Positions 54,351 to 64,000 of a DNA stretch of 64,000 nt are shown here, in pieces. Under the pieces are notes generated by a model, which was given only the letters and a program-made list of their open reading frames with translations, searched no databases and had not been told where the DNA came from. The DNA comes from Nageia nagi (Eukaryota > Plantae > Pinophyta): NCBI GenBank assembly GCA_050084985.1, contig JBITNC010000001.1:195548001-195612000 (forward strand). Direction: 5' to 3'. Position numbers and translations under genes: made by a program. Positions within the stretch are counted from its first letter, which is position 1; each line of letters opens with the position of its first letter.

Positions 54351-55774
54351 GGGATTCAACCTAGGAAATATTCAATAATAATATGTTTATCATACCAATC
54401 ATATGGAAATTAAAAATATTAACAAGAATTGAGACCATAGGAACAAAATTGTAACCTTATGGAACACCTTTAGGATAAGTTTTCTAGGTATTTTCCTTGA
54501 TGCCATTGCTCGTATTCCTTGCTTTAGTGGCTCTAGAATTCACTAAACTACCTTTCTAAGTATTTATTATAACAATTATTGGACCTCCTCCCAATGCAAA
54601 GTTACTCTATGATATATCATCACACTATTCGTGTAATTATAAATGCGACATGATGGTGGGAATTCCCTAAACTTAAATCTATAACCATTTAGGAAAAATC
54701 TATTAGTGAAACATAGAATCTATCCTTGCATTATTTGAGCCCTCTTTATTGATCACTACATCTATATTATATGTTATCTTATTCTTAATATTAAAGATAT
54801 TTCAATATCTCTCTTCCACAAAAATTAATGATGAATTTTTAGTCACTATTTCATAAGTCAAAATCAAGAGAAACCATAATAAGATTTAAGAAAACTTAAA
54901 TTGAACTTCATAAAAATAAAGAAAGTATTATTATCATATCATTGTAACTTTCTTATAAAATTTCATCATATTTTTATAATAATTTTAAATATAATTATAA
55001 TAAATTTTCTTAATAAGAATTCTTTCTATAGTTTTGTCACTCATTATCATTTTATCACTCATTAATATATTATAATAATTAACAAAATTTTATCTTGCCA
55101 ATTTGATTCCTAGGTTTGACTAGCATTTTGGAGAAAAATAATAACTTACCATTTATGGATTACTATGTGATTTTAACATTTTCTTCTAGTATGATCTATA
55201 ATCATCAAATTTTTATAGCATTCATAGGTCATCAAATACTAATTCATACCATGATGTATTATTTATTATTGATATGCTCAAAATTATACATGCAACATCA
55301 TGATATAGAAATAATAATTTGTAGTATAATGAAAAACCTACAAACAAAATTCACACAAAGGTTTATACTTGTTCTTTATAATATAGAAGTAATCTAGTCC
55401 ATTCTTATTTTATCAATTATTTATCAAGGGAATATTACATTGATTTTAAATCAAGAGGGTAACAATGTCTTTAATATTTCCTCTCAATCCTATACATTTT
55501 GGCAACACTTTGGAAAAAAAAACCTCATTCTCACACACCAACACCACCCCAAAATCTATCAATCATCCCCTACAACAAAGTTCTTAAGAATTTAAGTAAC
55601 CAAAATACCATTCCTCCAAATTCCACTTAGTCATTTTAGCTTCACCTTGAATTCCACCATTCTACAAACCTTTTCAAGTCCTTATTTGACATGTGTTAGG
55701 TCATATCATGATTGGATAATAATATCAATGATCTCCTAACCATTAATGAAAAAGTTAATCCTTTCCTGTGAATC

Positions 55775-56300
55775 CATGAAGCTAATGATATCAACATAAA
55801 AGATGTTGCACTCCAATAAAGCCTTTAATACTTAATGTTACACTACAAAGTTGATTATGTTAGCATAAGATATATCGTACTTCGATAAAGCCTTTAACAC
55901 TGAATATTGTACCATAAAGATGATGATATCATCAAAAGAGATGTAACACTCTAGAAAAGCCTTTAATAATGAACATTACATCATAAAGCTAATGATATTA
56001 GCTTTAGAGATCTTACACTTGGAAAAGCTTTTAACATTGAATGTCATACCATGAAGTTGATGACATCAACATAATAGATATCACACTTTGGTATAGCCTT
56101 AACACTAAATGTCATACCATGAAGTTAATGATGTTAGCACAAGAGATGTCATACTGCTACAAAATATCTAACACTAAATTTTATGCCACAAAGTTGATGA
56201 TATTAGCATAAGAGATGTTGCACTCCAATAAAGCCTTTAATATTGAATGTTATGGCATGAAGTTGATGATGTTTGCACAAGAGATGTTGCATAATGGTAA
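55775..56300. repeat. 69-bp tandem array (~7.5 copies) inside the 3' LTR of element E
   Basis: Unit ~CATGAAGTTGATGATGTCAGCATAAGAGATGTCACACTCTAGCAAAGCCTTTAACACTGAATGTCATAC starts at ~55775, 55844, 55913, 55982, 56050, 56118, 56187 and 56256. Confidence 0.92.
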
Positions 56301-59300
56301 TGCATTTCCTAGATCACAATAGATGAATATATCAACAATGAATCCCTTGATCATAGTCGAGAGCAAAATAGACCTTATAACATGCAATAATGCATGGAAA
56401 AGCTCAAAACATGTCCATCAACTCATGATAATATTGGAAAATACAAAATAACATTAGATAAACATTAAATAAATATCAAATTCCATTATGAGAATCTTTT
56501 GTAAAATCCACACTTATAATCTAATCTCCATGCCTCTCCAGTGAGCAGGTATTTACTCTCATAAATGCTCAATTTTTAATAAGATGAGAAAATAATTTCC
56601 CTACATTATCTTTATCATGCCATTTCTTCAAACCAACCAACCATATTTCTTATTGTTCCCTCCTTTTAGTCTAAACCTTATTTTATAAAATTGAGTCTTA
56701 CTTCAACACATCTATTGTATTGGATGCTAAGCCCTTAATGCATGGTAATAATTGATCTTTATCAATTTCCACTTTAGGCATCATTGAAGGTTCAAATAAC
56801 TTTAAGTTTTCCAAATTAAAATTTGAATATATATTCATATAGGCATGCAAATTTAGCTTTAAGGCATTCTCCCTAACTTGCTCCAAAATATTAAACAACC
56901 CATATCTAATGGGTTTTAGCTTCTTACATGATCCTTCTAGCTACTCTTTATTAATATAAAGATAAACATGATCCTTAATTTGAAACTTTTTATCAATGTA
57001 ATGCTTATCATATATCAACTTATACTTCATTTGGCTATCCTTGAGGTTTTCTTGAAACTTAAGTTGAACTTGCTAGACCTTCTCAATGAACCTCTCAATC
57101 TATTATGCTTCCTTTACAATTGACTCATTTAGATCTTCCTATTGCCTAAAAATACAATCAAATGATGATAGTGGAGGGTACCCAAATATGCTTCAAATAG
57201 AGATTTAGTATTTATATATTTGTTATAATAATATTAGATATACATCATATGCTCATCCCTAAAGTTTTAGTATGCTTTTCATAGTACCTATGTAACAATT
57301 ATACTATTGTTTGATTCATTACCTTAGTTTGCTTGACAGTTTGAGGATGAAAGTAAGTACTTCTCCTTATCTTGGTATCAATCTTCTCCCACAAGTTAGT
57401 CTAAAACTTGTCTAAAAAACTATTTTCCCTATTTGAAATAATATAAGTAGGCAAACTAAAATGTACCCAGATATGAGAAAATAAAAATTATGTTACATCC
57501 TGTCTAGTAAGAGTCTTCTTGCATGTTATTAACATACACATATTACTAAACCTATCCATCACAAAAAATAGATAATCATTCCCCTTATTGGAAAAAGGTA
57601 GTCATCCCATAAAGTACATAGTAATGCTCTCCTAAGGTCTATTTGGAATAGGAAACAGTTGATACAAACCCAACTTAGGATTACTCGACTTACTAGTGCA
57701 ACATAGAATACAACCTTGGATATGTTTTTCAACTTGTTCTTACATCATAGGCTAATACACATACCTATAAATATTTGATAATATCTTTCTAATACCAAAT
57801 TATCAAAAATACAAGATGAATGAGCTTCCTGAATAATGTAACTCACTCTCCTTCCAAAATACAAAGCAAATTAAGCATATATAGAAATCCACCCTTCATA
57901 TGAAATTTAGTCTCCTCCTCACACATAGGTGATTGGTTCAGTTTTAGATAAACCTCTTTAAAGCTTGCATCCTATAAATATAATTATGGATAAACTTCAA
58001 GAAAAAAGGACTAAAATTCATAAGAATGCTCAAACCTAAAATATGTCAATTATCAAGAGGTGGTATGGACAACATGTCTGCAATTTTATTTTTTCTTTCC
58101 TTTTTGTATTTTATTATAATATGTGATTATTACAAAAATCCCATCCACTAGAAATATCGAGCTTGTTGCAGCTTATATTGAATATGTAAATATTGTTATG
58201 GTTTATGGTCAATATGAGTGATGGTTTCTTTTCCCACTAGGTAATGCATCCACTTCTTTAAAATTCATCATAACCCCATTAAATGTTTTTGAATAATATG
58301 ATACAAGTTTCCTTTCTTATATTAAGACTACCCCCAAGGCATATTCATTTGCATCAAGCTTGATTTCAAATGGTTACCACAAATTGGGAAGTATCAACAC
58401 ATGTGCATTTATGATCTTTTGCTTCAAAGAGTCAAAAGATAAATTTTACTTCTTACCCTACCAAAAAACTTACCTCTTACCAATAACATCATGAAATGGA
58501 GAAGAAATGCTAAAAAACTCAAAAATGAATTTTATTAAGTATTGAATGACCCCTAAGAAGCTTTGAGTCTTAGTCACATTACGAGTTCTATTCCAATCAA
58601 TAATTACTCTAACCTTCTCATAATCTATCTTAAGTTGTCCCTGACCAACAACATATCCTACATACACCAAATACTGCTTGTCAAATTCACACTTGCTCAT
58701 TTTCAACAATAACATTTTTTTTAGAGTTTTTAGCACTAGTTTGATATTTTTTAAGTGTTTATCCAAGGAATTACTAAAAATAAGAATATCATACAAATAC
58801 ATAATAATAAAAGAATCAAAAAATATCTGAGAACTTCATTCATTACCTATATGAATGTGGTCAACGTATTCTAAAGGTCAAAGGGTAACACAAGCCATTC
58901 AAATAATCCTCATTAAGTATTAAAAGAGATATTCTAGATGTCCTCTTTTATGAATCTCAATTGATGATATCTAATCCTAAGATCCATCTAGGAAAAATAC
59001 ACTACCCCTACAACTAATCCATAAGATCATTAACATGAGGTAATGGATATCTTTTCTTGATTGTAATTTTGTTTAATGTTTAGTAATCAATAGAAATCCT
59101 CCAAGATCCATCCTTCTTAGGAATTAATACCATAGGTGATCCACATGGGGATGCATTAGGTATGATTATGTCCTCATACAAAAGCTCCCAAATTTTCCTC
59201 TTAATCTCCTCATACTCCATAATGAATTACTGTTACAATCAAATATTTCGAGGTGGAGAATTCAACAACATTTGAATCTCATGTTCAATTTCCCACTTAG

Positions 59301-61777
59301 GTGGTAAGCATTTTAGTTCAACAAAAACCTTATAAAAATCCTACAAAAGGATTTGTACTTACATCTATTATAAATTAAGCTTTACTACATCTGGTAAGGT
59401 ATATGCTATCATACAATCAATATCCACTTTTGAACAAATAAAATCTCCATCGTATAGTCTAATGCCTATAAAATAATTCTTTTACTAACATTTATGAGTC
59501 TCTTTGCATGTGTAGTTGTAGCCAACTTCATTTGCTTTCAACTTTTATGAGAATTAACACTAGTGGCATGTTCTTCCTTAATCAACCTATAATCTTGATT
59601 CAATATTCTACTATAATATATGGCATCTTTATCCCAAAGATAAGGATTCCTAAACACCACTTTACAAATATCAAGAGGCACCAAATCAGCAACTACCTCA
59701 TTGATGTAACTATTATTTATTGTAAAGGTTAACTTAAATTATTTAGTGACATGCAACTTTGCATCTTTATGCACCCATCCTAAAGTATACTAACAAAGAT
59801 GGTTATAAGTATTCAATCCCAATTTATTCAAAAAGTGTTCTACAATGAGGTTTACTTGTGAGCCCATATCAAGTATTGAATCAATTTGGGTCTTCTTAAC
59901 TTGAATCTTGAGATGGAAGAGTTGCATTTTCTTCTCCTCTTCATCTTCTTCCTTCTTACTGCACTCAACCTCTTTATAAACCTTCCATATTTTTTCTACA
60001 TAAGAAATATCTTTTTCTACCTCAGAAGTGTCATCTACACTTTTACTCTTAGTGATCATAGCACACTTCTTTTTAGAAGTTTTCTTTCTATGGGGGTTAT
60101 TTTTTGAATGAAGCTTCTAATACTTGTTCTTAGTATGGCCATCCTTATCACATTCTAAACAATTCTTATTGATTTTCTTTTTCTTGGTAGTGTTCTCATT
60201 TTTACCTTATGATTTTGCTTTACCTTTTTCTTGAGATTTCCCTTTATCAAATCCACAATTCTTCCACGAATTTTTCTTGGAAGCTTCACCTAGCGGTTTC
60301 CTTCCTCCATCTTCCCCCATGTGCTATGCTTGAACACTTGGTCTAAATATTTTGGATTAAATAACATAATGACTCATCTCATATGACTATGAAGTCCTCC
60401 AACATATTTCATCTTAATGTGTGGATCCTTCAAATAAATATCCAATAAGGTAGCTTACTTCCTAAATTCCATAATGTAATCTTGGACAGATTATCATTTT
60501 TGTTGGTGTAAGTATTAGCATTTAAAGAGTTTCTTATTATGACTTCCCAATAGATAGAAATGATTCTTAAGCATGAATTCATCCTAGGAAGAGATAGGTG
60601 GTTGATTTTCATACCTAAGGGATTCAACATAGCTTTACCACCAAATTAAGGCATGAACCTTGATTTTTAGTTTGGCAAAAGAAATCTTATGAACACATTC
60701 AACAACATTATGAATTTGGAAATATACCTCTAATTGTTTCAACTAGATACTAAGCTTCTCTATGTCAACTTCATCTTCAAAAGAAGTGATGTCCACCTTG
60801 TCTTCTACCTTGAAATGTACCACTAAAGAAGGAGGGTCTGAACTCTTGGGCTTATTTTTCCTATTTTTGTTTTGGTTCTTTAGTTCCAATTTGTTTACTT
60901 TTCATCATTAACTCTATTAGGTGATTGAGATTACTCTCTATTACTAAGAATCATCACTCAAATTTAGATTCTAACATATGCATGCTTCGACTAGTTATTG
61001 ATTCAATATTTTCTTGCATCCTTCCATGAAAAAGTTTCTAATCCTCCTTTCAATTTTTAAATTCAATAGAGCCAACTTAGGATTTAAATATCTTCTACCA
61101 TGCATCCATAATCTCAAATAACTCAAACTTTTTCTCTCATACATCGTTATTTGTAATCACTAGATGCTTATAGCATATGTGGGACATTAAAGACAAATTC
61201 CTATCCTAATGTATTGTTTATTATTGATACACTCAAAATTATGCATGTAACTTCATTACAAAAAATAATAATTTGTAGTATAATAAAAAAATACACAAAA
61301 AAATGATGCAAATATTTATATTGGTTCCTTCTAATGTGGAAGTAGTCCAATTCGATCATCTTTTATCAATTATTTATTAAGGGAATATAATATCAACTGT
61401 AAATAAAGATGGTAACAATGTCCTTAACATTTCCTCTCAATCCTATACCTTTCTGCAACACTCTAACAAATAAATGAATATCCTCCTTCTTATGTACCAA
61501 CAACACCCTAAAATCCATCGATCATCCCCTATAATAGAGTTCTTTAAAAGTTAAATAACTAAAACACCATCCCTTTGAATTCCTCTTGATCATTTCAACT
61601 TCACCTTGAACTCTTCCATTCTTTAAACTTCTTTAACTCCTTGTTTGATCTGTTAGGTCATACCATGATTAGAGAAGAAGATTAATGATCACTAGGCCAT
61701 TATCAAGAAAGTTGGGCCTTTTCCCATATAGTAGTGCCATGAATTTTTAAGCTAGATCAATCCACAATGATGCTGCA

Positions 61778-62300
61778 CCATGAAGTTGATGATGTCAGAA
61801 TAAGAGATGTTATACTTTGGAAATGTTTTCAACACTAAATGCCATACTGCAAAGTTGATGACATAAGAGAAAGAGATATCACACTCTAGCAAAGCCTTTA
61901 ATATTGAATGTTGCACTATGAAGTTAATGATGCCAACATAAGAGATATTGTGGTTCAAAAAAACCTTTAATATTGAACATCACATCACAAAGTTGATGAT
62001 ATCAGCATAAGAGATATCACACTCTGGTAAAACCTTTAACATTGAGCACATAGCCATGAAACTATTGATGTTAACATAAGAGATGTTGCACTCTAGCAAA
62101 GCCTTTAATACTGAACATCACATCATCAAGATGATGATGTCAGCATAAGATATATCACACTCCAACAAAGCCACTAAATATACATTGTGAAGTTAATGAT
62201 GTCAGCATAAAAGATGTCACACTCTGACAAAGCATTTAACACTAAACATCATTCCACGAAGCTGATGACATTAACATAAGAGATGTAGCATTGCAATGAT
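61778..62300. repeat. 69-bp tandem array (~7.5 copies) inside the 5' LTR of element E
   Basis: Same unit and similar copy number as 55775-56300; one unit is shortened at ~62124-62186. Confidence 0.92.
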
Positions 62301-63809
62301 GCATTTCTTGAACCACAATAGATAATGACATCAACAATAGAGCCCTAGATCATAAGAAAGAGCAAAATAGACCTTAGAACATGTGATAACTTTCAACAAT
62401 GCTCAAAATGGATTTAGTAACTCCCTGCAATGCTAGAAAATACCAAATAACACAAGATGAACATTAAATAAAGATCAAATTCCATCATGAGGACCTTTGG
62501 TGAAATTCACATTCATAATTTGATCTTCGGATTGTAGTAGTAATAGATCATAGTTTCAATCAATTCTCATACATAAGTAAAAGATATCTTAAATATATAT
62601 CGACAAAATACCTTTATGTATGATTATAGGCATATTCATCCTAAATGTCTTTATACCTTACATAAAATATTATTAAATACAAGTATAATCAAAATTATAA
62701 ATAAAAATGCAATAAATATCTTATTCATTATTTATAAAAAACATAATAAATATCCCACAATAATTAAAAATATGAAATAAAAATTAAATATAAGAAAACA
62801 GCTATGGATTAATTTGTTAATGTTGGCTCATTTTACTATTTTTTATATGTTTATTTGTGTATTTAAATGTTTTAATTACTACAACCCCTAATACATCGAG
62901 TAATCTATTTAAGTGTTGAGAGAGTCAATGTACATACCTTCGATTCCACAAGCCCCCAAAACTTGAACTCAAATCTCCACGTCCAAACTGAATGTCTTAA
63001 TTAACAAGTCAAATCCCTTGCACTTATTTTAATTAGTTTGTTAAGATAATAAATTGGCTAAATTAATTTTAGAAAAAGTTTGACAACTAAACATGTGTGA
63101 CTCTTTCATAGTAATTTAAAAAAAAAAAAATTACAATAGAACATTTGAATCCTTACCCAATCCCTTGTATATCATTGTATGACACCTTGACTTTTCCACA
63201 TAATAAAATATTCAAAGAAATGCTTTCAGTTAAATAAACTGTCACGTAAAATAAGACATCATACATCACCTGATAACATAAATGTCTACACTTTCAACAA
63301 ATTCAGAATCTTTTTTATCCTGGTCATTATGGCAGGAATCCATGCTTGACGTCGGTGGTCAAACAAACCATCACTCAACGTACAGTTTTCCAATCCTTAC
63401 TTCGCATAAGATAACGCTGAGAATGTGCATGCCTATAACTATAACTATAAGGTACATCTGTACCTGCCATTCCAACTTCCAAGTATAGCTGTCTTCAACT
63501 CCCACAAATTCTGATCTCTGAAGACACGGCAAATCACATTGGTATATGCCACCTTGGAGATCTTTCTCTACTTTTTGCTGACTGCAACCAGACGTTCTAT
63601 TCTTGCAAGAAAGCAGAGCGATACATGAAAATCTCACCTCTCAGGGAGAGCGAAGGCCGTGGAATGGAGGACGGACACCACGGAAAAGGAAAGATCACAT
63701 GCATTAATCCCGTCAGAATGTTCACATGTGTACCAACCACATATCTATCTCAGAACTTTGTCAAGTTGTTCACATTTGAATGACCGGATCTAACAAGAAC
63801 AGTCATTCG

Positions 63810-64000
63810 TTATGCATCGGGTGGCGGATTTTGAACGCGTGAGAAGTACGCAGTAGATGAGAATTGTGATTTATTCCATGGAAATGGAAGAGAGGAGAGC
63901 GGCGGGGCCATGCGCTCAATTTGTCCAAACACACTTGATAGTGATCTTGATTCTCGGTCCAAAGGCTCCTCTTCAACATCTAGTACGTTTACGTTAAAGT
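63810..64000 (-). CDS. C-terminal coding segment of an unidentified host gene (partial; continues beyond the window)
   Basis: Open frame from the window edge: FNVNVLDVEEEPLDRESRSLSSVFGQIERMAPPLSSLPFPWNKSQFSSTAYFSRVQNPPPDA*, with TAA at 63812-63810. It lies in a GC/CpG-rich island with a plausible 3' UTR down to ~63230. Confidence 0.65.
   Translation of the reverse strand, partial: FNVNVLDVEEEPLDRESRSLSSVFGQIERMAPPLSSLPFPWNKSQFSSTAYFSRVQNPPPDA

Larger units (their letters stand above)
55192..62535 (-). mobile_element. Full-length degenerate chromovirus-like Ty3/gypsy element E (same group as C and the element at 1-1239)
   Basis: LTRs ~55192-56532 and ~61147-62535; PPT complement CCTCTCCA at ~56533; candidate TSD TAGTA. 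gag FKVEDKVDITSFEDEVDIEKL at ~60815-60750; PR IDSILDMGSQVNLI; RT YLYDILIFS...KMSKCEF; INT tail 56698-56898. Confidence 0.88.

Noticed and set aside
55775-62300. 69-bp arrays as a CRISPR-like locus or as a coding repeat (69 = 23 codons)
   Set aside because: Units are contiguous homologous repeats with no unique spacers, there are no cas genes, they lie inside LTRs, and they contain many stops.
63282-63637. ORFs 63282-63488 (+) and 63371-63637 (-)
   Set aside because: They lie in the likely 3' UTR and show no motifs; a further exon cannot be fully excluded.

Overview
AT-rich, CpG-depleted eukaryotic DNA from a large plant genome; the TE families and decay pattern suggest a gymnosperm or similar non-angiosperm vascular plant (inference). 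Most of the window is decayed, nested transposons around two CpG-retaining gene islands: an intronless DUF4408/DUF761 (cotton-fibre-expressed-like) gene at 11567-12490 (-) and the 3' end of an unidentified gene at 63810-64000 (-). Boundaries were resolved from LTR pairs, PBS/PPT and target-site duplications (TSDs). (i) An RTE/RTE-X-type LINE carries a ~1.0 kb TIR element with a 4-bp TSD. (ii) A nest of Tat-type Ty3/gypsy element A (14197-34437) contains an L1 LINE, which contains Tat element B (19444-27091); the whole nest may sit inside a hAT relic. (iii) Chromovirus-like gypsy element C is split by a gag-only, tRNA-Trp-primed LTR element D that shares cis signals with B. (iv) A related gypsy element E has a 69-bp tandem array in both LTRs. 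No prokaryotic genes, rRNA/tRNA genes or CRISPR arrays are supported. The best candidates for something undescribed are the GGG-terminated 4-bp-TSD TIR element, element D with its non-canonical LTR end, the LTR-borne formerly CpG-rich ACGT array, and the RTE-X-like LINE. All alignments were done by eye.
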